The notes beneath the pieces were generated by a model. The model made no database searches. It was not told the origin of the DNA and saw only the letters and a list, made by a program, of their open reading frames with translations. Positions 13,480 through 26,442 of a stretch of DNA of 63,994 nt are shown one piece after another (the first letter of the stretch is position 1; each line of letters begins with the position of its first letter). Source of the DNA: Octopus bimaculoides (taxonomy: Eukaryota); assembly GCF_001194135.2 (NCBI RefSeq), contig NC_068984.1:142990823-143054816 (forward strand), read 5' to 3'. Both the position numbers and the translations under genes were made by a program.

Positions 13480-13778
13480 CTGTTGTGTCTGGGGAGAGTC
13501 ATTCTCTTTTAGCGCCTTATAATTTAACACACTTACCGGTAAACTTTCCACTTATATTTCTTGGCAGTGTGAATAACGGACAGAGTCTAAACTATTGAAA
13601 AGAGTGCAAGGCGCAAAGAAAATTTTAGAAAAATAAAAAAACAAATAAGTGGAAATTTTACCGGTGAGTTTATTAAATTATAAGGCACCAAAAGAGAATG
13701 ACTCTCCCCAGACACAACAGAATCTGCTTCAACACACGAACTCACGTAAAGAATCTTGCAAACCAAATCCAAAAATGA
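13480..13778. mobile_element. Foldback element with 79-bp inverted arms and a 15-bp flanking direct repeat
   Basis: Arms at 13477-13555 and 13645-13723 are 73/79 complementary. AATAATCATTTTATT occurs at 13465-13479 and 13779-13793. Confidence 0.8.
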
Positions 13779-14289
13779 AATAATCATTTTATTATTTATT
13801 ATGTATTTAAATTGAACATACTTTATTTTAAACATAGTTTTGTAAATGGAGAAACAGTTTACATGTAAAGTAATACCATCTTTCCCTCAGCAATGTGACC
13901 GTTATTGGAGAAAAACGACGTGGAACTGTAAGGAGAACAAGATTGTCTCAACGAAAGTTCTGGACATAATTTTGTTTAAGTTTGATTTCTGTCCAGAATT
14001 ATGACGCCAAAACACTACGACTCACAAAACAAAATTCGTATGTGTCATTAAAATCTATAAATTCATTCTTCATATCAATCTTCGTATATAAGTTATGTGA
14101 TTGGTTTATTGTCACAAATATCTTACCTCTTTGATCTTCGCCATCTTAGTAATTTCTGTATCCATAATGAAACTTTCATATCCCGCACCTCAAGCTGCTT
14201 TCTGTTAAAGAGTGAAACGGTAATGTATTATTAAGGGAAATACACTGGACAGCTACCAAGTGACCAGAGGGCATTCTCTCTAATGGAGT

Positions 14290-14960
14290 TCAGTTAGGGA
14301 TGGTGAACAGAAGTACGAGAGGGTGAGAGTGGGGAAGAAATATGCGTGGGGTTGCTTGGTTGATAGAAATATATAAAAAGAGATGGGAAGATTGAGAGAT
14401 ACTAAGAGAGAGGGTGAGAGAATACGAGAAAAAGGACAAAGGTAAAGAATTTGGGAGAGATACAGAGATTGGGATGAATGTGTATGTCTCAGAGAATGAC
14501 AAAGATTATGGGAAACAGAGAGCAGGAATGGGTTTAGAAGCAGAGAGAGGTTAAGAGAGAAAGAGAACAATAGAATGAGTCAGAGGGGGGGATATTAGAT
14601 ATGGCATTAATGGAGGTATGTCTGATATAAAGAAATAAATAAAGAGGGGGTCAGAAAAAGGGAGGAAGAGAGAGAGATTGGGAATGTAAGAAAAGAGGGC
14701 CTATGAGAAGAGGATGTAAAAAAAATCGCAAAGGGGAGAAATGGAGGGAGATTTAGAGACAGAGGTGGAAAGGGAGAGAAGAGGGAAAGAAGGAAAGAGA
14801 GAGGGAAAGAGAATTGGAGAAAGAGGAGTAAAATGAGGAGGAGGAGGAGAAAAAGAAGGGGAGAGAGAAAGTGATAAAACATTATGAGCAAAGAGAATGG
14901 CGCGTATGTGTTTAAGAGAATGATAGAGAGGGAGATGTTAAAATGGGGCTAGTGGGATGC
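14290..14960. repeat. Purine-rich (GA-rich) low-complexity tract
   Basis: Strong strand asymmetry with no coherent period. Confidence 0.8.
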
Positions 14961-15527
14961 AGAAAGAAACGGGAGATTTACACACAGACAGACATAGAGT
15001 TACTTTAGCCGGGGGTCATTTTTGCTTGCTTACATTAATTCAAATAATTTCTGAGTTTTAATGAAAATAATATAGTCGGCTAATAGCAAAGAAATGTATC
15101 AATGACTACAAAGTTTAGTATTTTGGACACAGCATGCCTGCCAGCCACTTACGTGGCGTGGATGATCTTTCTTGACATTAGACTTTCGATTTAGAATCAA
15201 GTATTCAGTCAGGGATTTGCGAAAATTTCTACATTTATTTATTTATTTATTTTTTTATTATTATTTGTTATATTTGTTTATGTTGTATATATAGACTTTT
15301 AGCTTTCTTTTTATTTTTATTACGAAACGAAATTTCCAGTTGCAACTGCCGTAGGGTAGGTAGTGCAAAGAATTCTTCGCTGAAAAGAAAAATATTTCCA
15401 GCTTTCGGATCTAAAGTCAAATGGGAAATCCAAAGTGAGGTCAAAATGTGATAATTTCGTAGTAAAAGGCCTTTTATGTATGCATATATATGTATGTACA
15501 TATGTATGTATGAATGTATGTATCTGT

Positions 15528-15563
<36 letters not shown>

Positions 15564-16191
15564 NNNNNNNNNNNNNNNNNNNNNNNNNNNNNNNNNNNNN
15601 NNNNNNNNNNNNNNNNNNNNNNNNNNNNNNNNNNNNNNNNNNNNNNNNATATATATACTATAATATAATATATTATAATGTAATACGTATATGAATAAGT
15701 GTGTATGTGTATGCATGTATTATGTATGCAACGTTTTCCCTCGATCCCTTCCGTTCGCCCTTTTACTCTCTCATACGTAAAGTCCCCTCTCGTTACCATT
15801 TCCCCCTATGCCTCTTTCTTTCATGCTCACTTAGCCTTATTCCCTATATCCTTCCTTCTTTACTCTCAGTCAAGATATTTTGCAATTACCTTTGAAATTG
15901 GAAAATTCTGTGTGTAGAGATAACGAGTTCCTTCTGCTGGCACTCCAATAAACAGAGGTCACTCTCTTGTGGAAACGTGGGCATCTAATGGATATCGAAA
16001 TCAGTCTTCGGTTATACACTCCCTTATGGTGCCTCTTTAACGGTAACTGTCTCCAGCGAAGGCAATTGTATTTCAGTTTTAGCTGATAAACTGTGAAATG
16101 GAATACCAAAGTGTACCTCCATTATAAAAGTGCACGAAAATATATAAAAACTCGAGAGTTCGGTTACATCTCTCTCTCAGTCTATATGCAA

Positions 16192-16261
<70 letters not shown>

Positions 16262-16808
16262 GTGTGTGTGTATGTGTGTGTGTGTCTTTGGATGTANNNN
16301 NNNNNNNNNNNNNNNNNNNNNNNNNNNNNNNNNNNNNNNNNNNNNNNNNNNNNNNNNNNNNNNNNNNNNNNNNNNNNNNNNNNNNNNNNNNNNNNNNNNN
16401 NNNNNNNNNNNNNNNNNNNNNNNNNNNNNNNNNNNNNNNNNNNNNNNNNNNNNNNNNNNNNNNNNNNNNNNNNNNNNNNNNNNNNNNNNNNNNNNNNNNN
16501 NNNNNNNNNNNNNNNNNNNNNNNNNNNNNNNNNNNNNNNNNNNNNNNNNNNNNNNNNNNNNNNNNNNNNNNNNNNNNNNNNNNNNNNNNNNNNNNNNNNN
16601 NNNNNNNNNNNNNNNNNNNNNNNNNNNNNNNNNNNNNNNNNNNNNNNNNNNNNNNNNNNNNNNNNNNNNNNNNNNNNNNNNNNNNNNNNNNNNNNNNNNN
16701 NNNNNNNNNNNNNNNNNNNNNNNNNNNNNNNNNNNNNNNNNNNNNNNNNNNNNNNNNNNNNNNNNNNNNNNNNNNNNNNNNNNNNNNNNNNNNNNNNNNN
16801 NTATGCAA

Positions 16809-16862
<54 letters not shown>

Positions 16863-17089
16863 ATATGTAGGCACAGGACGTCATAAAACGTGTACAACAA
16901 AAAAATACGAAGTACGAGTACATGTAACATGAACTTTTTTTTTGAACAAGAGACACAAATGAAAATTATTGGCTGTTTTTCTACTCTCGTAGTTCGAGCT
17001 GCCTCAACTTGCTAGAAAAGCAGGTAGTAAGTTTACCTTAGTCCAAGTTGTCCAAGTGGAGTTCGATTTTAACAGTTATTTTTTTCAAA

Positions 17090-17156
<67 letters not shown>

Positions 17157-17871
17157 CATTCGATTATCATTTCAATTGTTTCAGTCATTTGACTGCTGTA
17201 ACACCGCCTTGAAGTAATGAACAATGAGAAGTGGATCATTGGTGTTTTAAAGTTATTGTTTAATTTAATTAAATTAAACAGTGACTTTAAAACACCAATG
17301 ACCCCTCAACCGATGCTTGTTGGTCATCTTCGTAGGAGCTGTATCAAATTATTTCACAGTTTGTTGATATCTCTCCAATTGTTTTACATATTCCTAACGT
17401 TAATTTACCGTTTGCAAGTTCATAAGCAGTAACAGATTTCTCTAAAGCAGTTAAGCCACATTTATGATCCATAATTCGCGATTATCAGAGCACCCGTTAA
17501 TAATTTGGAGCTGAGAAAATTCGTGGAAATCATGCAACTGGCCGCGGTTTCTTTACACTTGTACAAAACAACACGTTTTCTATACACCACGCGCACATAA
17601 CTGTTGCCATCATTCCGTGGAAATTTCGTTGAATTCTAGCGTGTAGATTTTAAGTTGTTAATAATCTGAAACGCAGTGTATATCTTCGGGTATATATTGT
17701 AATAATGAATGAAGTTTCTGAACAGTAGCGTGAATCCGAAATCAGATGAATTTAGTGACATCCGTACGAAAAAAATACCGCGCTGATGACTATATGGCTG
17801 AGTAGGGGAAAAGGTAAGCAAATGGATCGATTGATAGATACATAGACAGATACTATGAGAGGAAGAGAAAT

Positions 17872-17877
17872 AAATAG

Positions 17878-17940
<63 letters not shown>
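17872..17940. repeat. (GATA)n microsatellite
   Basis: Read directly. Confidence 0.95.
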
Positions 17941-17941
<1 letters not shown>

Positions 17942-18225
17942 TTCGTTGTATCTGGGAAATTAAGTTTCGCTCGACACCTGATTCAATGAACCGTTAAGCG
18001 AATCTTCCTACCTCGGTCCGAAAGCAATTTATAATTAATTTCACTTTGAGTAATAAGGGTTCCCATTCAATAAATAATCTGTTGTTATTCTTACACATGA
18101 ATTCCTTTAACTTAATGCAGATAAATTGATAGGAAGAGTGAATGACAGAGATAAACACTAAGCGGCACACACATATATCTATCTATATATATATATGCAT
18201 ATATGTATATATATATATATGTGTT

Positions 18226-18278
<53 letters not shown>

Positions 18279-18979
18279 NNNNNNNNNNNNNNNNNNNNNN
18301 NNNNNNNNNNNNNNNNNNNNNNNNNNNNNNNNNNNNNNNNNNNNNNNNNNNNNNNNNNNNNNNNNNNNNNNNNNNNNNNNNNNNNNNNNNNNNNNNNNNN
18401 NNNNNNNNNNNNNNNNNNNNNNNNNNNNNNNNNNNNNNNNNNNNNNNNNNNNNNNNNNNNNNNNNNNNNNNNNNNNNNNNNNNNNNNNNNNNNNNNNNNN
18501 NNNNNNNNNNNNNNNNNNNNNNNNNNNNNNNNNNNNNNNNNNNNNNNNNNNNNNNNNNNNNNNNNNNNNNNNNNNNNNNNNNNNNNNNNNNNNNNNNNNN
18601 NNNNNNNNNNNNNNNNNNNNNNNNNNNNNNNNNNNNNNNNNNNNNNNNNNNNNNNNNNNNNNNNNNNNNNNNNNNNNNNNNNNNNNNNNNNNNNNNNNNN
18701 NNNNNNNNNNNNNNNNNNNNNNNNNNNNNNNNNNNNNNNNNNNNNNNNNNNNNNNNNNNNNNNNNNNNNNNNNNNNNNNNNNNNNNNNNNNNNNNNNNNN
18801 NNNNNNNNNNNNNNNNNNNNNNNNNNNNNNNNNNNNNNNNNNNNNNNNNNNNNNNNNNNNNNNNNNNNNNNNNNNNNNNNNNNNNNNNNNNNNNNNNNNN
18901 NNNNNNNNNNNNNNNNNNNNNNNNNNNTATATATACATAGATAGATAAATACATGCATACATACATACATACATACATG

Positions 18980-19023
<44 letters not shown>

Positions 19024-19105
19024 CATACATACATAGATATACATACATGCATATATATATACAGAGTTAGGTAGACTAACAGATAGATACATAATAAATA
19101 GATGA

Positions 19106-19201
<96 letters not shown>

Positions 19202-19726
19202 AGGAGACACAAATATTCTAGACTTGAGATATGATTGATTAATAAATATTCTGTAAAAAAACGTTATGTTGAACAAATGACAATAACTGCTGAAAAGAAA
19301 AATAATCAAAAGATGAGAATATCTAATCTGCAAAAGTTGTGTACAGTAGTTGCTATAATTGTAATCTCTATTGCACTCAAAGACTGCATACTGCAACATA
19401 TACTGCAATAGTGAGTGCAACACATATTACGTCATTCACCAAGACAACAAGTGTACCCAATGACGTAAATATATGTACACAGGTGCGTGAAAATATATTA
19501 CAGAAATTAAGTACAAACACGTACGCAGGTAAACTCGCATACACAAACTAACTTATTTAGAGCCACAAAGAAGCACACACACATAAACACACAGACACAC
19601 AAACTAAAACAGGTGAACCTAGTCTATACGTAAAGTAGACTTTCATAATACAATAGAAATATAAAAAGCATTATATTGTGTATGCGTGTGTTTCTATCCA
19701 TATACATATATGACATAAAAATACAC

Positions 19727-19771
<45 letters not shown>

Positions 19772-20239
19772 NNNNNNNNNNNNNNNNNNNNNNNNNNNNN
19801 NNNNNNNNNNNNNNNNNNNNNNNNNNNNNNNNNNNNNNNNNNNNNNNNNNNNNNNNNNNNNNNNNNNNNNNNNNNNNNNNNNNNNNNNNNNNNNNNNNNN
19901 NNNNNNNNNNNNNNNNNNNNNNNNNNNNNNNNNNNNNNNNNNNNNNNNNNNNNNNNNNNNNNNNNNNNNNNNNNNNNNNNNNNNNNNNNNNNNNNNNNNN
20001 NNNNNNNNNNNNNNNNNNNNNNNNNNNNNNNNNNNNNNNNNNNNNNNNNNNNNNNNNNNNNNNNNNNNNNNNNNNNNNNNNNNNNNNNNNNNNNNNNNNN
20101 NNNNNNNNNNNNNNNNNNNNNNNNNNNNNNNNNNNNNNNNNNNNNNNNNNNNNNNNNNNNNNNNNNNNNNNNNNNNNNNNNNNNNNNNNNNNNNNNNNNN
20201 NNNNNNNNNNNNNNNNNNNNNNNNNNNNTATATATATAA

Positions 20240-20518
20240 ACTGATAGATAGATAGATGTTTCTTTATTAGCCACACAGGGCTGAACACAGAGGGGCCAAG
20301 TTACAAAATTAGAGCTTTCCTTTTTGGTGAGAAGGAATAAAATAAATAAATATAAATAATTAAATAAATGAAATAAAAAAGAACAAATATTTAAAAAAAG
20401 GCGGGGTAGATTTTCGAGTAAAAGGGATCGTGAAAAAAATGCTCAATAGGGATTGTGTATCACAGAAATGTCATGTTGTAAAGTGTAAAGGGGGAAACAG
20501 ATTAGGTTTACCTGTGGG
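20240..20518 (-). mobile_element. 3' UTR and terminus of a non-LTR retroelement (same family as 8686-8790)
   Basis: (GATA)n followed by TTTCTTTATTAGCCACACAGGGCTGAACACAGAGGGG, then about 230 bp of putative 3' UTR. Confidence 0.7.
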
Positions 20519-20662
20519 AAGTGGTTCGGCAAAAGAGACCGATAGAATAAATACTAGGCTTACAAAGAATAAGTTCTGGGGTCAAGTTGTTCGACTAAAA
20601 GTGGTGCTCCAGCATGGCCGCAGTCAAATGACTGAAACAAATATAAGAGTAAGAATAAAAGA
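20519..20662 (+). mobile_element. SINE family A long form, 3' half
   Basis: AAGAATAAGTTCTGGGGTCAAGTTGTTCGACTAAAAGTGGTGCTCCAGCATGGCCGCAGTCAAATGACTGAAACA matches 31690-31765. Confidence 0.85.
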
Positions 20663-20694
20663 GTGTATATATAAATGTATACAAATAATGTGAA

Positions 20695-20745
20695 GTCGCA
20701 TGGCTCAGGGGTTAGAGCGTCGCGCTTTCGATTGTGAGTATTTCC
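20695..20745 (+). mobile_element. Isolated tRNA-like (SINE) head
   Basis: GTCGCATGGCTCAGGGGTTAGAGCGTCG is an A-box-like tRNA 5' half. There is no 3' half, so it is not a tRNA gene. Confidence 0.5.
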
Positions 20746-21610
20746 GGGGGAATTCCGAGGATTTCATGGGAAGTTCCGGTGATTTGAGAACGTCTACCTG
20801 GAAATTCTGCAGATTTCCTGGAAAGTTCCGATAATTTCCTGGAGACTTCAGGGGATTTTCTGGGGGGTTCCGAGGATTTCTGGAAAGTTCCGAAGAATTA
20901 AGTTGGGCTTCCTGGGAAATTCCGAGGAATTCATGGAAAGTTCCCAGGGTTTTGTGGGTAGTTCCTAGGATTTCATTTGAACTTCCTGGAAAATTCCAAG
21001 GATTTCCTGGAAAATTCCGAGGAATTCATGGGAAGTTGTGACGATTTAAGTTCGACTTCCTGGAGAATTCCAAGGATTTTGTGGAAAGTTGCGAGGATTT
21101 CATGGGAAGTTCCGGGTGTTTAGTATCGACTTCCTGGAACATATGAGGATTTCCTGGAAAGTTCCGGGTATTTCATGGAAAGTTCCGATTCTTTTGGGGA
21201 AAGTTCCAGGGATTTAAGCTCGACTTCCTGGCAAATTCCGAGGATTTCCTGGATATTTCCGAGGATGAGTTACTTCCTGGACAATTACGAGGATGGGTCT
21301 CCCTGGAAAGTTCCTCAGATTTCATGGAAATTTTCAAGAATGAGCTACTTCTTGGAAAGTTCCGATGGTTTCCAAGGAAGTTCCGAGGATTTCCTCGAAA
21401 ATTCCAACGAAGGGGAGATGGGGAAGAATTTCTTCGTAGAAAGTTCTGAGGATGAGGAATTACGTCCTGTAATGTTTCAAGGAAGTGGAGAAAGGGGTGG
21501 AATTACTACCTGGAAAGCTGCAAGGAGCGTGAGGAAGAGGAGGATTTACTTGCTGGGAAGTTCCAAGTATGGTGAGGAAGGGTAGGATTTACTTCCTGGA
21601 AAGTTCCACG
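20742..21610. repeat. Degenerate 21-bp minisatellite (consensus GAGGATTTCCTGGAAAGTTCC) with 74-bp higher-order period
   Basis: TTCCTGG starts at 20909, 20983, 21057 and 21131 (74 = 21+21+32). The array decays toward 21610. Confidence 0.9.
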
Positions 21611-21664
21611 GAAGAGGAGGAATGGAAGGAAATCGTCATACAGCTAGAGGCTCCAATTGAAACA

Positions 21665-21696
21665 GGGACCCGAAATGATAAGGTTGAGAAACGCTG
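21665..21696. mobile_element. Possible hAT/Charlie-type terminal inverted repeat (single end)
   Basis: AGGTTGAGAAACGCTG (21681-21696) is the reverse complement of CAGCGTTTCTCAACCT, a typical hAT-MITE end. No partner TIR was seen. Confidence 0.4.
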
Positions 21697-22227
21697 TTAT
21701 AGATTATGCCTAACCGAAAACGATCACAGCCACGTCATCCAAACAGTCCAGGTGAAACCGGGTTTAGCTGCTAGTAGTAAATAATTTGGACAACTACGTA
21801 TAATTTGACTAGTGTGTTTAAATGTTGACTAGAGCACCGGCAGAGTTGAGGTTACCTGTTTCATAGCAGTCGTGGTACTCTTCTGTTGGATCTACTTAAT
21901 TAATTAATTAATATTATATATATGTATAAGAAATTTAGGTTAGTTAAAATATGCTTGTGACATATTTTAAGTTTTAAGAAAAATTCACTGCTGTTACCGT
22001 GAAGAAATAATTCTCTGGTGGTAAAGTGTGTAAAAAGACATCATACCTGCAAAGTACTACTACCATTTATGCATATATATATATATGTGGGGGGGGGGAG
22101 ACAGACAGACAGACAAACATGTAGACAGACAGAAAGTGAGGAAGAGCGAGTATTGGGTAGAGAGAATGAGATAGACAGGCAAAAAGGGAGACTTTGTTAA
22201 ATGAATATATAAACGTGCGTGTATGTA

Positions 22228-22263
<36 letters not shown>

Positions 22264-22872
22264 TAAATACATGTTTTCATAATGCTATCTACACACATAT
22301 ATATATATACACACGCATACTCAACCAAATATATACATATAATGTGTATATGTATACATATATGCTCATATAAATGCAAAATAATTATACGCGTGTGCGC
22401 GTGCCTTTGTAAATTATGAAATATCGATAGACACTACGAACGAAGCAATAAATGAAAGAAACCGTAATGTGGAATAAGAGAATGAAAGAATGAAAGAATA
22501 TAAAATAAATGGGGAAGATAAAGTCTGATAATAAATTGTGAATGAAACCATAAATGGAGGATTGAGGAAGTTGAAAGGAAAACACACAGAGAGAGACGGA
22601 GAAAGTGGATGGAGAGGATGGGAGAGAGGGGTAGGAATATGGACGTAGTTATGTGTTTGTTGACGTCTGTGTGAGATATGATATGCGTATATCTATGACA
22701 TGTATGTGTATGTATATGTGTTTGTGTGTGTGTGTGTGTGTGTCGTTGCTGGTTTCAAAACGAAGAATGTACTTTTAGTTTGGTTGCAGACAAATAATAT
22801 ACACTAATTGAGCTGATGGTTGATATCGAGGTGGGGTGTAGCAGAGGCGGAACTAGTGTTGTAGTGATGATC

Positions 22873-22904
<32 letters not shown>

Positions 22905-24075
22905 AGTGCTGGTGTTGTCGGTGGTTGTTTTTCAGGTGTCGGTGGTGGTAGTGATAACACTGCTGGAGATGTTTGTTGCTATGATACTTGTGTGCCACTG
23001 GTAGTACATTGGTGTCTAAACTGACGAAGTTGGTGATGGTGGCTCTGGTGGATGTCACGCCATTTTCTCCTTTCTATCTTCCATCTAAGTACAATTGTTC
23101 ATTCATTAGTCGAGTGGCACTGAGTTAGACGTATTTATTTATCAACGTTATTATATGCTAGAATTCTTATAACACGAAGCTACATTCCATTACTGACCAC
23201 CACCCTCCAGTCAGAAATATGCATGAATTGGTTCTTTCCTTGAGTTCGTAACTCGGAATGAATTCCGATATTTTTCATTAATATTCATTCTTTTGTTTCT
23301 TCTTTTCCTCTTTTCCCCTCATCGGACTATGGCCATTCTGGAGCAGCGCTTTACTCAATGAAATCATCCACTTTAAAAATTGCTCTTACATCGATCACTT
23401 TTCCCTGAACGTCTAAATTTAAGGGACATAAACAACCGTCGGGGATCAGATGATGGAGGTGGGGACAGAGAAACCACATATGCATACACACACAAACGCG
23501 TGCGCACATATTTATAGAACTCAGGAGGAAATACTAATAACGTATGTATACTAAAATCGTGAAGCATTTTACGTAATCAGATATAATATAATAATTCCAA
23601 GTAAATAACTCTGAAAATGGCTTTTGTGCGTTCCCAGAGAATATTAATGTCAGGGGCGCTAATGTTGGTATATTCGTGAATAAGTCACTAACCGAAATAA
23701 GTGGTCTATTGTTTAGGAAAATTCTATTTTCTTGTTTAATGGTCGTACTGAATGAATTGAGAAAATAACTCTAACAGTTCAAATACAAAGAAATAAGCAT
23801 ATTCAATTTGAATGATTTAGGAAAATGAATGCGAAAATCTGGACGAAGGGATTATTTCCCTTGGCAGTTAAAATGAAATATATTAGATATATATAAGGAT
23901 CCATTCTAGGGGCCCTATTATCGATTTTTTTTCAACAACCTGAGTATGCCATGAGGTTTCCAGACATGTGTCATACTCACGTTTCAAGTTCCAAATTGAT
24001 AAAACAATGCAGGAGGAGTTAGCTAACAACTCCACAAGCACACCCACAGACAGAATTTACAATATATGTTGTATA

Positions 24076-24330
24076 TATACACGGCGAGCTTTCACAAAGT
24101 TGTCATTCAACGCGATTAATTAATAACTGATTTAATTCAGATTTCTTCAGTGAATCTTGATACGTTGATAATAACTGTAAATGTCGTCCTTCACCACAAA
24201 ACGAAATTCCATTTCTTTCGGTGTAGTGTGCGCGGAAACATGCAAGTACAGGCTCTAGACGGCCGTACCGTAAAATAGAAAACATTTCGGACGTCTATAT
24301 TTGGAGATATGGTCATCGGGTTTCTAGACG
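24076..24330 (-). mobile_element. Possible Tc1/mariner C-terminal remnant
   Basis: Minus strand reads ...CGEGRHLQLL (cf. C...GGHFEHLL). TACACGG resembles a TA-flanked terminus. Confidence 0.35.
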
Positions 24331-24387
24331 CCCGTTTTCACAACACATGTGAAATGCCCACCTATAAATATGTGTGTGGGTGAGCGG

Positions 24388-24427
<40 letters not shown>

Positions 24428-24778
24428 AGGGTGTCTGGGCTTGCATCATATGTGAATGTGTGTGTGTATGCATGTGTATACGAACACGTCGAATGTGTAT
24501 GGATCTCGGTATGTGTTCATGCGTCATTAGTCAGAACGAAGGAAAATAAATTTAAAAAAAAAAGATCTGCACAAAACTACATTATTCAGTGAATAAAAAT
24601 TATTAGTTAGACATTCTGTTACTTTATTTAGTACGACTATTTTTGAACTTCGATGTCTCTTAGGGAAGCGTTAAGGTTTTTTTTCTTCTTTTTTAGTGCT
24701 TAAATCCGAATTGTCTTTCTAATTTTAACAACCAGATATTTCAGAAAAGTAGTCCACGACCATCAAGTTGAAGAACGA

Positions 24779-24779
24779 C

Positions 24780-24847
<68 letters not shown>
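24779..24847. repeat. (TAG)n microsatellite
   Basis: Read directly. Confidence 0.95.
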
Positions 24848-24848
<1 letters not shown>

Positions 24849-25109
24849 AAGAAATAGTCTCAAATAAAGTAGAATATCAATGTACATCTATCTCTGTCTT
24901 TCTATCTATCTGTTTTTGTATTTGTCTCTCTATCTATCTATCTATATANNNNNNNNNNNNNNNNNNNNNNNNNNNNNNNNNNNNNNNNNNNNNNNTATAT
25001 ATATATATATATTCTTGCATTCATAAATATATGTATAAATATATATGCTTATATGTATATGTGTGTTAGTATGTATGTATACAAGTATAAAGCTATATTC
25101 TTGCGTGTG

Positions 25110-25147
<38 letters not shown>

Positions 25148-25230
25148 TACATACATACATATGCATGTATATTTACATATGAGTGCGTGTGTTTGTATGT
25201 GTGCGATTGCGTGTTTGTGCATGTGTGTGT

Positions 25231-25288
<58 letters not shown>

Positions 25289-25608
25289 GGTGTGCGTGTG
25301 TATTTACATACGGACTGGCATACAGAGAGGCAGGCGGCCATTGCTTGATTTAGAAATGGTGGTTTTATTTGAAAGTCATGAAACGCAACAGAATGCTCAA
25401 TGGCAAACTGGAGTCGGCACAGAATTTTCCCATTACACACAACATTCAATTGCTCTCATTCATTACCGCTTTTATTCTTGCTTTTATTATTCCTTTCCTT
25501 CTTTCTTTATTTAATTCTTTTACTATTGCTTCCTTACATTCATTCATTTTCCCTTTCGTCTATTCATTCAACTTCCGATAATATTCATGTCTCCCAACAA
25601 TTTCTTCA

Positions 25609-25712
25609 TTTCTTCTTCTTCTTCTTCTTCTTCTTCTTCTTCTTCTTCTTCTTCTTCTTCTTCTTCTTCTTCTTCTTCTTCTTCTTCTTCATCTTCTTCT
25701 TCTTCTTCTCCT
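25609..25712. repeat. (TCT)n microsatellite
   Basis: Read directly. Confidence 0.95.
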
Positions 25713-26145
25713 CCTTTCTCTTCTTCATCTCTTTCTTCCTGTCCTCCTCTAAATTCGCCTTATTGTTTCTTCCACTCTATCTTTCTTTTTGTTGTTGAAT
25801 TTTGCAGCTTTTCTCATTCGTCAATAAGCGAGACTAATTGCTTCAAAACATCAAGAACAATAGATCAATCCCTCCCTAGCTTTATTTCGCACTATACATC
25901 ATTGGTCGAATGCTGTCTAATTTACTATATCCACAGCCAATTAGCGAACTCGAACCAAAGTCCGTATTGAAAGTATCAGCCATTTATTTAGAAGCAATAA
26001 TTAATGGCAAACGCATAAATACGAAAACATATATGCATACATAGATAATATATGCATATATTTATATATACGGACACACACACACACATACACACACACA
26101 CACATACACTCACACACACACACACGCACACACATACACACACAC

Positions 26146-26212
<67 letters not shown>

Positions 26213-26226
26213 CATACATTGATACA

Positions 26227-26442
26227 CACAGAGACGTACATATATATATGATTGACCGTTGACTGAACACTATTCAATTTTTTTTTTCTCCGTGTTTTTC
26301 TCCTTGTCTCCGTATTCTTTCTGTTGAAGAGCGTAGCTCGAAACGTCAAAGACTTTCCGTATTCCCGAGCGTCATACTAATATATACTTTTGTTATTTAC
26401 ACCACCTGTCCTCGTCTGTTGTTATTTTTTGTATATTCTCCC

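Noticed and set aside
13488-13508. CTGGGGA-GAG-TCATT-CTC resembling a hammerhead 5' half
   Set aside because: The core has A6 changed to G, and no GAAA or helix III follows.
17746-17820. Strong donor AAG|GTAAGC
   Set aside because: All three upstream frames contain stops. At most it could be non-coding.
20695-20745. Possible tRNA gene
   Set aside because: Only a 5' half is present, with no T-arm or acceptor stem partner. It is treated as a SINE head. The same applies to all other SINE heads.
21175-21585. 136-aa ORF with FLESSED-like heptads
   Set aside because: It is a by-product of the 21-bp array. The 10-11 bp linkers shift the frame, so coding is not maintained.
20742-21610. CRISPR-like appearance of palindromic repeats
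   Set aside because: The units are contiguous and degenerate with no unique spacers, there are no cas genes, and the context is eukaryotic.
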